Of a DNA stretch of 64,000 nucleotides, positions 30,126 through 40,616 are shown one piece after another (position 1 is the first letter of the stretch; the number at the start of each line of letters is the position of its first letter). Under the pieces are notes generated by a model. The model made no database searches. It was not told the origin of the DNA and saw nothing but the letters and a program-made list of their open reading frames with translations. Made by a program: the position numbers and the translations under genes. Origin of the DNA: Candidatus Bathyarchaeota archaeon (lineage in GTDB: Archaea; Thermoproteota; Bathyarchaeia; TCS64). The stretch is from contig JBDRQD010000030.1 in NCBI GenBank assembly GCA_043826455.1, positions 1-64,000 on the forward strand, written 5' to 3'.

Positions 30126-31208
30126 CTACTCGAACGAGAATCTATGTCGAAGACCCAGCTCATCCCTCATCTGAAACAACTCCATCTGAACCCCCCTGTT
30201 CAAGGGGATACCTCTTTCGCGTCTCTCAAGACTAGTGTAGTGCTCTTTTTCTCCCGCCGTGTAGATGCGCTCGACCCCCGGTGCCTTCCTAGCCGCGCGT
30301 AGGGACCGGAGGATATTGCCTGTGGTCCTCTTGAACGCGTCAAGCTCGGTGAAGGCGGACACGTCGATAGCTATGAAGAAGTGGCCCAAGTTCACACCCG
30401 TGAGGGCCTTAAGGTAGTTGCCTGATTGGAGTGAAGCCGAGAGTATCTCCACGATCGTGGAGTACCCATAGCCCTTGTATCCACCGGTATCCTCCCCTGC
30501 ACCGCCCAGAGGCAGTAGAGCCGCTTCTCCCTTCAGCAAGCTGGCGAGAACCTGGTCCGCTTCAGTCATGTACGCTCCGTCAGCTCCTATGACCAAGCCT
30601 TCCGGCAGCATCCTCCTCTCCCTGGCGTAGACCTCGATCTTTCCCCTCTGTATGATGGACGTGGCGCAGTCCAGGCAGAAGGGGAAGGCCTCATCAGTGG
30701 GGAAAGCGAATGTGAGAGGGTTCGTGCCGAGCATGTTCTCAACGCTGAAGGTGGGAGCCACGGAGGGCCTCGCGTTGGTCCCCGTTATCCCGATCATGCC
30801 CTTCTCAGCGGCCATCTCCGCGTAGTAGCCCGCTATCCCGTAGTGGGTCGAGTTTCTGACAGCCACCATGCCCATGCCCAGTTCTCTGGCCTTCCCAATG
30901 CACATCTCCATGGATCGTTTAGCGATAACCATGCCCATCCCGTTGCGGCCGTCAATCACGGCCGTCGTGGGTCCTTTTCTCACCACTTTGATGCTGGTCA
31001 CCGGGTTCTGGAGTCCGGCTCTTACTCTATCATAGTAGACGGGTTTGAGTCGGTTTACGCCGTGGGAGTCAAAGCCCTTCAGGTCCGCAGCTATAAGCAC
31101 GCCGGTGCATGTGGCGGCGTCATCGTCAGGCACTCCTAGACCCTTGAATACGTCGAAAGCGAAGGCCCTCAGCTTTTCCACGTCTACAAGAGCCACGTCA
31201 TCCTTCAC
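30126..31208 (-). CDS. Ldh_2 family NAD(P)-dependent oxidoreductase (ComC/AllD/malate dehydrogenase-like)
   Basis: ADLKGFDSHG, RNSTHYG, GTNP, DCATS, YKGYG; GTG start after GGAGG assumed. Confidence 0.88.
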   Translation of the reverse strand: MKDDVALVDVEKLRAFAFDVFKGLGVPDDDAATCTGVLIAADLKGFDSHGVNRLKPVYYDRVRAGLQNPVTSIKVVRKGPTTAVIDGRNGMGMVIAKRSMEMCIGKARELGMGMVAVRNSTHYGIAGYYAEMAAEKGMIGITGTNARPSVAPTFSVENMLGTNPLTFAFPTDEAFPFCLDCATSIIQRGKIEVYARERRMLPEGLVIGADGAYMTEADQVLASLLKGEAALLPLGGAGEDTGGYKGYGYSTIVEILSASLQSGNYLKALTGVNLGHFFIAIDVSAFTELDAFKRTTGNILRSLRAARKAPGVERIYTAGEKEHYTSLERRERGIPLNRGVQMELFQMRDELGLRHRFSFE

Positions 31209-31219
31209 GTTTTCCCCTC

Positions 31220-32734
31220 CTACTCCGTACATGCGTCACTTTGACTGATTACTCTTCTCACAGCCGCCCTCCACCCTTGGATCAGGTAGCGGCGCTCATC
31301 GTCTCTCATCCTGGGCGTGAATTCGTCTACTTCAATGTGTAGACGCTTCAACTCGTCAAGGCTTCCCCAGTAATCCATCGCCAGTCCAGCCAGGAATGCG
31401 GCTCCCTTGGCTGTGGCCTCTGTCTCCCTCGGCCTGACCACGGGGAGGTCGAGGATATCCGCCTGGAACTGCATGAGGAACCCGTTTCTTGATGCCCCTC
31501 CATCGACCCTGAGCTTCTCCATTTTTAGGCCGCTGTCAGCCACCATCTCGTCCACCACATCCTTCGTACTGTAGGCGATAGCCTCTAGGGCTGCTCTGGC
31601 AAGGTGAGCCCGTCCTGTGCCTCTGGTTATACCTGTTATGGCGCCCCTGGCGTACTGGTCCCAGTAAGGGGCGCCTAGGCCCGTCAGGGCGGGAACGAAG
31701 TAGACCCCCTCATTACTCTCCAGGGATTCGGCTAATTCTTCAGACTCGGCAGCTTCCCTGAGTAATACCAAGGAGTCTCTCAACCACTGCAATGTGGCCC
31801 CCGTGACGAAGATGCTGCCCTCCAACGCGTAGACGGTCTTTCCTTCTAGGCTCCAAGCCACAGTAGTGAGGAGACTCTTGGAGGGCTTTGGGCTGGGTCC
31901 TGTGTTCATGAGGAGGAAGTTGCCTGTCCCGTAGGTGCACTTGGAGTCCCCCTCATCGAAGGCCGTGTGACCGAAGAGGGCAGCCTGCTGATCACCGGCG
32001 ACTCCGGTGATGGGCACGCATGCCCCAAGAACCTTCGGGTCGGTGTAACCGAACACTGTGCTGGATGGAAGCGGCTCAGGTAGAATGGACTCTGGGAGCC
32101 CCAGCACCTCAAGTAACTCCCTGTCCCAGCCTAAGTCACCTATATTGAACATCATGGTCCTTGAGGCGTTAGAGTAGTCCGTTGCATGCACCCTACCGCC
32201 CGTCAGCCTGAAGATTAGATACGTGTCCATGGTACCGAAAAGTACCTCTCCCTGCTCGGCTTTCTCACGGAGGCCAGGCACGTTGTCTAGGATCCATGAG
32301 ACCTTTGGACCCGAGAAGTAGGAATCTGGGATGAGCCCGGTCTTCTCCTTGAAGAGGCGTGTGTTTTCGCGTTTAATCTCCTCTACGGCGTCGGCCGTTC
32401 TTCTGCACTGCCAGACTATGGCGTTATAGAGAGGCTTACCTGTGCGCCTGTCCCAGAGGATGGTGGTCTCTCTCTGGTTGGTAATACCGAGACAGACAAT
32501 CTCCCTCGGCTCAGCTCCCGCTGCTCGAAGCGAAGCTCTTACGCTTCTCAGCTGGGCTCTCCACACCACATCAGGGTCATGCTCCACCCAGCCTGGATTT
32601 GGATATATTTGTGGGAAAGCGCATCGGCCGACGCCTCTAACGATGCCTCCTCTGTCGAAGACCAAAGCCCTGGCGCTCGTTGTGCCCTCGTCCAGGGCCA
32701 GTACGTAGCCGTCATCTGAGCTCGTGTGTTTCAC
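31220..32734 (-). CDS. glpK: Glycerol kinase
   Basis: [53 protein letters not shown]. Confidence 0.95.
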   Translation of the reverse strand: MKHTSSDDGYVLALDEGTTSARALVFDRGGIVRGVGRCAFPQIYPNPGWVEHDPDVVWRAQLRSVRASLRAAGAEPREIVCLGITNQRETTILWDRRTGKPLYNAIVWQCRRTADAVEEIKRENTRLFKEKTGLIPDSYFSGPKVSWILDNVPGLREKAEQGEVLFGTMDTYLIFRLTGGRVHATDYSNASRTMMFNIGDLGWDRELLEVLGLPESILPEPLPSSTVFGYTDPKVLGACVPITGVAGDQQAALFGHTAFDEGDSKCTYGTGNFLLMNTGPSPKPSKSLLTTVAWSLEGKTVYALEGSIFVTGATLQWLRDSLVLLREAAESEELAESLESNEGVYFVPALTGLGAPYWDQYARGAITGITRGTGRAHLARAALEAIAYSTKDVVDEMVADSGLKMEKLRVDGGASRNGFLMQFQADILDLPVVRPRETEATAKGAAFLAGLAMDYWGSLDELKRLHIEVDEFTPRMRDDERRYLIQGWRAAVRRVISQSDACTE

Positions 32735-32912
32735 CTCCCGGGTTGAGTATCAGGTGGCTACCAACGATTAGAATTTTGAGGTGGCAGGCTGAAAGAGTCC
32801 TTGTGCGGATCCCAGGCCAACAATAGGCAGTGGAGGAGCGATAGAAACAACATATATGTTGGGGTAATCAACACACCCTGACTATTATACGAGTCTAAAA
32901 ATACCTAGAACC

Positions 32913-33134
32913 ATGATGTGCCCTGACTGTAAGACCACGTTGAAGAGGGACGACAAGAAGTGGATGCACGTTATAGTGGGGCTGGAGGAGAGGTCTTTTG
33001 CCCTCTACTACTGCCCCAACCCCCAGTGCACCCGGTGGGAGCTCCCCGTCTTGAAGAACCTGGAGACCGATTCACCTCACAAGGGCCCAGTCGTTGAGAA
33101 CAACATCGATACGATCGAGTCAGTCTACGCTTAG
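32913..33134 (+). CDS. Small zinc-ribbon protein
   Basis: CPDC...CPNPQC. Confidence 0.6.
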   Translation: MMCPDCKTTLKRDDKKWMHVIVGLEERSFALYYCPNPQCTRWELPVLKNLETDSPHKGPVVENNIDTIESVYA

Positions 33135-33135
33135 G

Positions 33136-33837
33136 TCAGTACCGGGGGTTCCCGGACCTCTTCCAGGCCTCGAAGGCATCCAGGGAGTTGGGGCACACAG
33201 CCTGGTGGACACTGATGCCTCTGTCAGAGTAGCTTTTTCCCAGGTCCTCGTAGACCTCCTTGTCCGAGAACCCTACGTCAGGCCTTGAGGCCTCGTAGCG
33301 AGTTGCTGAGAACACTAGCACAGGGATCCTGGCCCACCTTATAGCGGCGTAGCACATGGGGCAGGGCTCGCAGCTGGAGTAGATCTCGCAGTGGGAGGTG
33401 TCCCCCACCTGGGGTAGCCTCGACTCGGTCCTCATGATGGTGCCGAGGTCGTACACGTTCAGCTCGTGGCAGGCTGAGCGGATGACGGAGACCTCGGCGT
33501 GGGCCGTGGGGTCCTTGTACTCTGTGACGTGGTTTCGGTCCCTCCAGTACCTCAGCACCTGGTTGGTCTCGTCGTCTACCTGTATCAGGACGACGCCGAA
33601 GGGGCCTCCGCCGGCCTCTACAGATGCCTCCGCTTCCTCACAGGCCTCCGTGATCCATCTGCAGGGCTCCACCAGGATATCAGTGTACATGTGTCCGGGG
33701 TGACTGGGGGGCACCTTCAGCGTGGTAAGCGGGGTGTGTGATTCCTCCACAGGCTGTGCCTGAACGAATGTTCTACCTTCCTTTGGACGCAACGTCTTCA
33801 ACCAGTAAGTTGACGCCTGAGGCGTAATAAATAGCAA
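33136..33837 (-). CDS. Cytidine-deaminase-fold nucleoside/guanine deaminase (GuaD-like); start uncertain
   Basis: GGPFG, DPTAHAE, SCEPCPMC. Confidence 0.85.
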   Translation of the reverse strand: MLFITPQASTYWLKTLRPKEGRTFVQAQPVEESHTPLTTLKVPPSHPGHMYTDILVEPCRWITEACEEAEASVEAGGGPFGVVLIQVDDETNQVLRYWRDRNHVTEYKDPTAHAEVSVIRSACHELNVYDLGTIMRTESRLPQVGDTSHCEIYSSCEPCPMCYAAIRWARIPVLVFSATRYEASRPDVGFSDKEVYEDLGKSYSDRGISVHQAVCPNSLDAFEAWKRSGNPRY

Positions 33838-33867
33838 CCTGAAGACTGGGTCATGCAGCCACGTTGA

Positions 33868-34230
33868 TCAGGCTACCGCTGCCTTAAGCTCATCCAGCCG
33901 GGTCTTCACAAGCGTAGCCATTGAGCTTCTAAGCTTCTCGCCGTGGAGCTCTCTGTCCAGTCTCCCGAAGCGGCGGGCTAGCTCCTCGTCGCCAATGGTG
34001 CCCCTTATCCATTTCTCGAAGTCTCTTCTCTTGAAATGGTAGTTGATCGCCCTTATGTCCACAGACCGTAAGGCCTCGGATAGGGCGCTGAAGTTTAACA
34101 CTGTTTTCCCTGTGAACTCTCCCGGGGCCTTGTACAGTCCCAGGCCTTCGTTCTTGGGGACAGTTCTGAGGAATTTATTTGCGTCGGCTTTATTGAGTGT
34201 AGGTTTCTTTTCTTTAACCTTTTTACTCAA
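33868..34230 (-). CDS. DUF5752-like protein
   Basis: L.E.L..V....I.YH..R.DF.KWI....GD.ELA pattern. Confidence 0.7.
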   Translation of the reverse strand: MSKKVKEKKPTLNKADANKFLRTVPKNEGLGLYKAPGEFTGKTVLNFSALSEALRSVDIRAINYHFKRRDFEKWIRGTIGDEELARRFGRLDRELHGEKLRSSMATLVKTRLDELKAAVA

Positions 34231-34311
34231 GAAACACTCCTCATATGTTTCATTAAGAATAGCGAATAAAAATCATGTGCTGTTTAAAGAGACTCGACTA
34301 ATTACGGGGTC

Positions 34312-34614
34312 TTATTCTAAAGTGAAGATTTTTTCAAATATCTTTCCTAGAAGTATCTTTTCGAGGGTCGTGTGGCTTGAGTACCCCTCCATCGTGGCCT
34401 TCAATAGATCGCCCGCCTTTAACTCTGCTATCGTTTCACCTTTATCGGTAACATTGCACGTGTACGCTTTTTCGTCGATCATGGTCCTGATGGCCTGCTT
34501 GATGGTTGTTTTCATGTCTAGAGTGCAGGTTTTCTGTGTTTGCAGGGCGTTGTCTAGGTCGGCTACTTCCATGGGCATAATTCCAACGTTTTTTAATAAA
34601 AGATTATGAATCAA
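34312..34614 (-). CDS. Hypothetical protein, CBS-like
   Basis: TIKQAIRTM...VTDKGE...GDLLKA resembles a single CBS repeat. Confidence 0.4.
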   Translation of the reverse strand: MIHNLLLKNVGIMPMEVADLDNALQTQKTCTLDMKTTIKQAIRTMIDEKAYTCNVTDKGETIAELKAGDLLKATMEGYSSHTTLEKILLGKIFEKIFTLE

Positions 34615-34641
34615 GACTACAGTTGTTTATCCCTGGGTCTG

Positions 34642-35451
34642 TCAGTGGTGGTCTACTCTATCAGTGATCACCATGCCGTAGAACTCGCGGATGATCCCCC
34701 TCAGCCCTTCTATAGCTGCGTCAAGCCACGCCCTGCCTTTTTCGGCTGAGGCCTTCGTCGGGTCACCCATCACGCCTGTCTTGCTTAGTGTGCTCCAGTG
34801 TCTCATCATGTGCACGGGGCCTGAGGGATAGTAGAAATCCCTTGCCGGGAAATACCTGCTGGTAGGGTAGCTTATGTCTTTCACTGCTTTCTCCATGTGG
34901 ACCAGGTCGGGCCTGATGGCCAGCATCAGCGATGTCTCCAGCTCGCAGGCGTGGGATGTGCCACCCCTCTCGGAGTCCCTCATCGTCTTTACCTTCTCGG
35001 CCACCTCCGGGATGGCCCACCAGTTCACCGCAGCGCACAAGGTGTGAGGCATCTCGACGATGGAGAGCCTGGCGGCGTTCTCCAGCCACGCGGAGTTGCT
35101 TCCGTGGCCGTTAACTATTAGCATGCGTTTGAAGCCGTGGTGTGCCAGGCTGCGCATGATGTCTTGCATGTAGTCGAGGAAGACCTTTCCCTGGATGGTG
35201 ATGGTGCCCGGGAAGTCCATGTGGTGGGGGCTGTACCCGTGTACCTGTGTGGGCATGATGAGGGCGATGTCCCTCTCAAGCTCAACGGCTCTTCTGCTGA
35301 CGGCCTCCACGATGGTTACGTCTGTGTTAAGGGGCAGGTGGGGGCCGTGGTCCTCGAGGGTGCCGACTGGGATGACGATTACTGTGTTTTTGGGGGCGTC
35401 TCTGATCTCGGACCATGACAGTTCCTCGTACAAGTGGGTTCGATGAGGCAT
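34642..35451 (-). CDS. Creatininase/mycofactocin MftE-family amidohydrolase
   Basis: GTLEDHGPHLPLNTD, SPHHMDFPGT, NGHGSN, HACELETS. Confidence 0.9.
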   Translation of the reverse strand: MPHRTHLYEELSWSEIRDAPKNTVIVIPVGTLEDHGPHLPLNTDVTIVEAVSRRAVELERDIALIMPTQVHGYSPHHMDFPGTITIQGKVFLDYMQDIMRSLAHHGFKRMLIVNGHGSNSAWLENAARLSIVEMPHTLCAAVNWWAIPEVAEKVKTMRDSERGGTSHACELETSLMLAIRPDLVHMEKAVKDISYPTSRYFPARDFYYPSGPVHMMRHWSTLSKTGVMGDPTKASAEKGRAWLDAAIEGLRGIIREFYGMVITDRVDHH

Positions 35452-35501
35452 AGTTCAGTATGAGATGTGACGATTCTTAACGTTATTGAAGAAGCCTTAG
35501 A

Positions 35502-36500
35502 TTAGCTACGTTCATCCATGTACCGGAGCTTCTCTCTGATCTGTTTCAGCTCCTCAACTTGGAGGAGGCATTGGCCGCTCTGCCTGAAGCACCTGTTCTC
35601 CCTGTACACCTGATCCAGTTCATCCAGCAGCTGCTTAATGTACCTTTGTAAGCTTCTCCGCTCCGCCTCTATGGGCTCTCCCTCCGCGTCTTCCTGTATT
35701 CTATGTATTCCCTCATTGATGCGTTCCAGGCGCTTCCCCAGCTTCAGGATAGTTTCGTCGTACTGGAGCTTGAGGAGCCTCATCCCCTCGTAGCTCACAT
35801 GGAACTCCACCTGCGCGGTCTCGCTGGTGGCAGTCATCTTGGATGCCATACCTATTTCCACTAGGGACTCCAGGGCGTCTCGCACCTCGTAGTCGGTGAA
35901 CTCTGTGCCGCGGACAGCCTTCATGAACTCTGTGTCATCGATGACGAAACCCTCTTCCTCTTCACCCTTTTCCTCCAGAAGGTACAGGTAGATCAGGCTG
36001 TTGATCTTCCTGTAGCTGGTTATTGGTATGCTCAGGTCTAGTAGAGCGGCAGTGACGCTGATGGTGTCAAATACTAGGGGCACCTCCACCCCCAGGGTCA
36101 GGTCTAGGAAGGGGGGCAGCAGGATGGATAGCACGGTTGACACTATTCCTATCATGCCTGTGATTATTGAGATGTACATGAACCACTCGCGGACCACCTC
36201 TCGCCTTATCCAGGTCTCTTGTAGGAAGTCGAGTTGGCTGCTTCTGCTCATGACGAGGACGCTGAAGATGGATATGAAGAGCAGAACTAGGCCCGTGAAT
36301 AGCGCCGCCATGAGGCCCACGATGGCGTCCCAGGGCAGAATCATGCCTAGTACTATGCCGGCCATAGCACTGTTTCTTAGCATGTGGGTGTAGTGCTCTC
36401 TATAGATCTTTGAGGAGAGCCGGTAGAAAATACGCAGGGCTATCATTATCATGAAGAGTAGTAGCAGGAATAGCACTTGCTTAAGTTGAATCTGAGCCAT
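35502..36500 (-). CDS. Membrane protein with a cytoplasmic winged-helix-like/coiled-coil C-terminus
   Basis: About five TM segments, then VRDALESLVEIGM...VSYEG wHTH-like segment. Confidence 0.65.
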   Translation of the reverse strand: MAQIQLKQVLFLLLLFMIMIALRIFYRLSSKIYREHYTHMLRNSAMAGIVLGMILPWDAIVGLMAALFTGLVLLFISIFSVLVMSRSSQLDFLQETWIRREVVREWFMYISIITGMIGIVSTVLSILLPPFLDLTLGVEVPLVFDTISVTAALLDLSIPITSYRKINSLIYLYLLEEKGEEEEGFVIDDTEFMKAVRGTEFTDYEVRDALESLVEIGMASKMTATSETAQVEFHVSYEGMRLLKLQYDETILKLGKRLERINEGIHRIQEDAEGEPIEAERRSLQRYIKQLLDELDQVYRENRCFRQSGQCLLQVEELKQIREKLRYMDERS

Positions 36501-36612
36501 AGGCCACGTAGGAGACTAAGTACTATAATTTAAAGTATTTTTTCACTCTACCCGCATCATTCATTCGTTGCGGTAAATGATGAAAGTGTAGAAGCCTAGA
36601 CCTCTTAAGGCA

Positions 36613-36744
36613 TCATTTTTCGAGCCTGTTGCCGCATCTCCAGCAGTACTGGACGCTGTCGGGGTTGCTGAAGCCGCAGTTATTGCAGGGCTGTAATATG
36701 CCATGTGCCACTTCTATTTGCTGGGTTTGGGTTGTGGGCTCCAT
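36613..36744 (-). CDS. 43-aa zinc-ribbon microprotein (below the ORF-track cutoff)
   Basis: MEPTTQTQQIEVAHGILQPCNNCGFSNPDSVQYCWRCGNRLEK. Confidence 0.65.
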   Translation of the reverse strand: MEPTTQTQQIEVAHGILQPCNNCGFSNPDSVQYCWRCGNRLEK

Positions 36745-36993
36745 GGCTCTACACGTGAGAGCCTCTACCAATATTTTATGGATCAGATACACGTGAACAG
36801 CGGATGCCTCCTTGTACCTAGTGGCTGGGAATTCCTGTTTTCTGGGTTTGTTACATGTAGCTTGTGATAAGGAGAATATTAGCGAGCTGACAGCTGCATG
36901 GTAGAATGTGAAATTTTTTAGGGTTAATATGCGGCTATTTTTAGCTTATGATGCTTCAGAGAATCGGCTTCTATCAGGCAGCTGATGTCTCGG

Positions 36994-37584
36994 CTATACT
37001 TCTGTTTGGAGGGACTGGATGAACTCCCTGAACTCCCTCTTCTTGGCCTGCAGGTACTGGAACTCGTCGTTGGTCATGACCAGCTGCTTGGCGAACTCCT
37101 CTATGATGGTCTTGGTCTTCTCGTCTATGTCATCCAGGTGAGATATGGCGTCCCACAGGTCAGCCATCTCGCAGCAGTAGTCCTGCTCACTCTGTATCTC
37201 TACGAGGCGGTCCACATCGGCGTCAGTGTAGTCGATTTTAAAGCCCAGCTTCCTCAGGGACTCTAGAACAGTCTTCACCTGGTTCTGGAAGAACTCGTGG
37301 CCGCCGGGGGTGCTCCCCACGCTGCAGTAGAAAGCCTCAGCCGTTGCCCTGTAGTAGCTCTCGGTCAGGTGGCCCACCTGCTCGGTCCTGGCTGTATACA
37401 CCAGCCCGGCCTCCTGCAGCTTCTCTATGTGGTGGTAGATGGTCTGCCTTGACGTTTTCAGGTTAGATGCGATCTGGGTGACGGTCATCTCTGTTGCTCG
37501 TAGCAGGAAAATGATCTTCCGGCGGGTCTCGTCTGCGAGCAGCTTGAAATTATCGGGGTCAGCGACGACTTTTACGGCCTGCAT
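36994..37584 (-). CDS. ArsR-family winged-helix regulator
   Basis: LADETRRKI..LL, MTVTQIA, SRQTIYHHIEKLQEAGLV, YYRA. Confidence 0.85.
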   Translation of the reverse strand: MQAVKVVADPDNFKLLADETRRKIIFLLRATEMTVTQIASNLKTSRQTIYHHIEKLQEAGLVYTARTEQVGHLTESYYRATAEAFYCSVGSTPGGHEFFQNQVKTVLESLRKLGFKIDYTDADVDRLVEIQSEQDYCCEMADLWDAISHLDDIDEKTKTIIEEFAKQLVMTNDEFQYLQAKKREFREFIQSLQTEV

Positions 37585-37701
37585 CTCAATATCCAGATGA
37601 AGTCCTAATAGTATTAAAACGTTTGTCTATTAATAGGGATACATTTATATTTGGGAACCATATGGCTATACATACGACCATATGAATATAGTTAGAGGTG
37701 T

Positions 37702-37968
37702 ATGATCAAGATGGAAATTGCGACAATAGAGTGCCTGCAGGCACAGAGCGCGACAGAGATGAGCTGCGAGACGGTCTCAGACCAGATCGCTGCCCTGACG
37801 CAAGCGCAACTGAGGGGGCTAGAGCTCGGGGAGCGGAACCAGAAGGACCTCGAGGCCCTACAGGAAGTCATCGCCCTGGAGGAGGATGAGTTCCTGAGCA
37901 CCGAGGAGGTCCTGTCCCGGGTCCTCAGTTTCTACAACAGGTTCGTCCCCTTCAGGGGCGCTCTCTGA
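37702..37968 (+). CDS. Hypothetical protein
   Basis: GAGGTG RBS, helical acidic protein, divergent from the ArsR gene. Confidence 0.5.
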   Translation: MIKMEIATIECLQAQSATEMSCETVSDQIAALTQAQLRGLELGERNQKDLEALQEVIALEEDEFLSTEEVLSRVLSFYNRFVPFRGAL

Positions 37969-38059
37969 TCTGAAAAAGTTTCAGGCGACGCGTGAATCAT
38001 AGAAAAATCCGTGCCTTATTTTGATGTTTATGCGTCTTCTCATATAGAGAAGGGGGGCA

Positions 38060-39112
38060 TCACGTCAGTACTTTTTTGAAGACTCTTAGGTTGTTTGCGC
38101 CCAGTACCTTCTCTATGTCGCTGTCCGAGTAGCCGCGGGCCACCATGCCCTCTGTGAGGCGGGGGAACGCCGTGACATCGTGGAGGTCCGGGAACCCGCA
38201 GCCTCCGTCTAGGTCGCTGCCGATGCCCACATGGTTTGTGCCTACTAGCTCCACGGCGTGGTCCAGGTGGTCCAGCCAGTCGTGGACAGTGACCTTCTTG
38301 AGGGCCTCAGGGTCGCCGAAGCCGACGCCGTCCTTGATGAAGCCGGCGCAGAAGCTGAGGTTCATGACGCCGCCGTTCTCAGCTATCGCCTTGATCTGGT
38401 CGTCGGTGAGGTTCCTGTGGTGGCCGCAGAGGGCTTTGCAGTTGCTGTGGGTGGCGAGGACAGGGTCCTTGGTGAGCTCCATGACGTCCCAGAAGCCGGT
38501 CTGGTTGAGGTGGCTGACGTCAACGATCATGCCGAGCCGGTTCATCTCCTGGACCACCTCCCTTCCGAAGTCTGTGAGGTGGCTTCCCGAGTCTGCCCCT
38601 GAGCCGTCCCCCAGCTCGTTCCTAGGGAAGTGGGTGAGGGTCAGGCTCCTGGCGCCTAGCCGGTACATGGTTCTCAAGGCCTCTATTGATCCCTCCAGCG
38701 GCTCACCTCCCTCAATGGTGATCACGGCGGCGATCTTGCCCTCCTTAACCGTCTTTACTATTTCTCTGTGGCTGGTGGCCGGCGATATCTGATCTGGGTA
38801 CTTCTCTAGTTCGGCGTGAAACACGTCCATCATCTGGACTAGGCGGCGGAGCCTGGCCGTGTACTGGGGGCTGACGTACATGGCGAAGAGTAGGCAGTCC
38901 ACTCCACCCTCTCTGATGCGGGGTATATCGATCTGGCCGTGCTCAGACCTTTCTCCCAGCGTCCGCCTTGGCGGAAGCGGGTTGGATTCGGAGGAAATGA
39001 ATGGGGGTGCTTTGATGAGGTGGAGGACGGTGTCGTTGTGGGTGTCCACCACCAGAGAGGACTTATGGATGGCATGGGCCCTCTCAGTCTGATCCTTGGA
39101 CAGGTTAAACAT
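38060..39112 (-). CDS. Membrane dipeptidase (M19) family, cytoplasmic type
   Basis: DTHND, IEGG, DVSH, ATHSN, RNLTD, GIGSDLDG. Confidence 0.9.
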   Translation of the reverse strand: MFNLSKDQTERAHAIHKSSLVVDTHNDTVLHLIKAPPFISSESNPLPPRRTLGERSEHGQIDIPRIREGGVDCLLFAMYVSPQYTARLRRLVQMMDVFHAELEKYPDQISPATSHREIVKTVKEGKIAAVITIEGGEPLEGSIEALRTMYRLGARSLTLTHFPRNELGDGSGADSGSHLTDFGREVVQEMNRLGMIVDVSHLNQTGFWDVMELTKDPVLATHSNCKALCGHHRNLTDDQIKAIAENGGVMNLSFCAGFIKDGVGFGDPEALKKVTVHDWLDHLDHAVELVGTNHVGIGSDLDGGCGFPDLHDVTAFPRLTEGMVARGYSDSDIEKVLGANNLRVFKKVLT

Positions 39113-39178
39113 GGTTCTACTTGTTGTGTTCAGAGATTTATCAGGATCGCACATGCTGGTTGAGAGTCGTTCAGCTCC

Positions 39179-40585
39179 TCAGGCCCCGAACTCGAAACCA
39201 AGCTCCTCCATCTCTTTCCTCATCTTATCGTATAGTTCCTGGAACTCCTGTCTCGGTGTTAGTGTCCTCGTGTTGTACATTTCGCCAAAGGTGTACCCCC
39301 ATGGTCCGCCGTCATCGGTGACTTTTTTCTCGTATTTCTGTACGATCTGTCGCACCAGCTCGTTGGCGTCGTCTCTCTTGATGCCCACGGCGGCGCGTCC
39401 AAGCTCTGCGTGGAACTTGTTCTCCAGAGCGCTTCCCAGCATGGGCTTCACCTTGTACCTGCGTATCCCGCCGCCGCAGAAGAGGTCGCGCCCTGAGGCC
39501 AGTCCGGCGATGCATAGCGCCGCTATCTCCCAGAGCTGCATCTCCGTGCCCGGCCCGGCGGCTGTCAAGAAGAACCTCCCATTGACTCCACGATAGTTTC
39601 TGGCTATAGCCTGCCCCGTGAGCTCTGTGCCCCACATCCCAGGGTTGATGCTTGAGATGGGCACAGGGCCCGGGCACCTCGTCAGCCCGTGGTCGCCGTA
39701 GACGGGGCTTACCCTATGGTGGTAGACCATCGCTGCACCCAGGAAGTCCGCTATGGAGACCACAGCTGCGCCCTCGGGTCCACCGCCCCAGCCGCCAATG
39801 ACTGACCCTCCATGTGTGGCCCTTATGCAGCCGTAATCGAGGGCGTAGGCTACTTTCCCCAGGGCTTCGTAGTCAGTCTTGAGCTCAGCTATGAGAGATA
39901 CCATCAGGCCATCGGAACTTCTGACACCATTCTCAGGGTTGCACGCAGCGATGTCCGCGATGGCTGACGGACACGCTGAGACAAAGTGTAGCCCAGGTCT
40001 CCCCGCCCTCCTTATGGCTTCGCGCGCCCACGACGCCATACACCTGCCCAGGTGCAGCTCAAGGGGCGACCCCTTTCGTAGCGTGTGGCCCTCAGATGTG
40101 TGAACGGGGGGCCCCACGTAGAGCCCATCGATGAGAGGTTCCTGGGCTATGCTCTGATACAGCTTGACGAAGTTCTCTCCTTCCTGTATGTCGCTCTCGA
40201 TGACGCCCCCGATGATTACAGGTGGCCTGGTTCCCTCTATACCTCTACGAGTTACTACCCGTTTTTCGCCCCCTTCGCCGATCTCGACTTCACCGCGGAC
40301 GTCTCTTAGCGCCTCTTTTACCTCGGATTCCTTGAACTTGATTACGCGCCTGGTGTTCACACAGTATACGCCGAGTTCCAGGAAAAGCTCGAAACCCGCC
40401 TTCCAGACGTCGTCGGCCAGGCTGTCGTCGTTGGGCACGTAGACCTCTGGATCATATTTTATTTCATATTCGTTAACTAGCCTCGACGCCGATCTGAATA
40501 TCTTCATGTCGAAGTCTCTTACACTCGTCTCCGCTCCAGTGTTGCATGCCCTGTTGAGTATCTCCCAGAAGTTTGTGGTGCTCAC
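39179..40585 (-). CDS. MtmB-family corrinoid methyltransferase without pyrrolysine (copy 1)
   Basis: LADDVWKAG, GVYCVNTRRVIKF, GSPLE, AGRPG, ELKTD, GGWGGGPE, AGPGTEM, ASGR; no internal TAG. Confidence 0.88.
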   Translation of the reverse strand: MSTTNFWEILNRACNTGAETSVRDFDMKIFRSASRLVNEYEIKYDPEVYVPNDDSLADDVWKAGFELFLELGVYCVNTRRVIKFKESEVKEALRDVRGEVEIGEGGEKRVVTRRGIEGTRPPVIIGGVIESDIQEGENFVKLYQSIAQEPLIDGLYVGPPVHTSEGHTLRKGSPLELHLGRCMASWAREAIRRAGRPGLHFVSACPSAIADIAACNPENGVRSSDGLMVSLIAELKTDYEALGKVAYALDYGCIRATHGGSVIGGWGGGPEGAAVVSIADFLGAAMVYHHRVSPVYGDHGLTRCPGPVPISSINPGMWGTELTGQAIARNYRGVNGRFFLTAAGPGTEMQLWEIAALCIAGLASGRDLFCGGGIRRYKVKPMLGSALENKFHAELGRAAVGIKRDDANELVRQIVQKYEKKVTDDGGPWGYTFGEMYNTRTLTPRQEFQELYDKMRKEMEELGFEFGA

Positions 40586-40616
40586 CTTTTCTATCCTCCG
40601 TGATCATATTCGGTTG

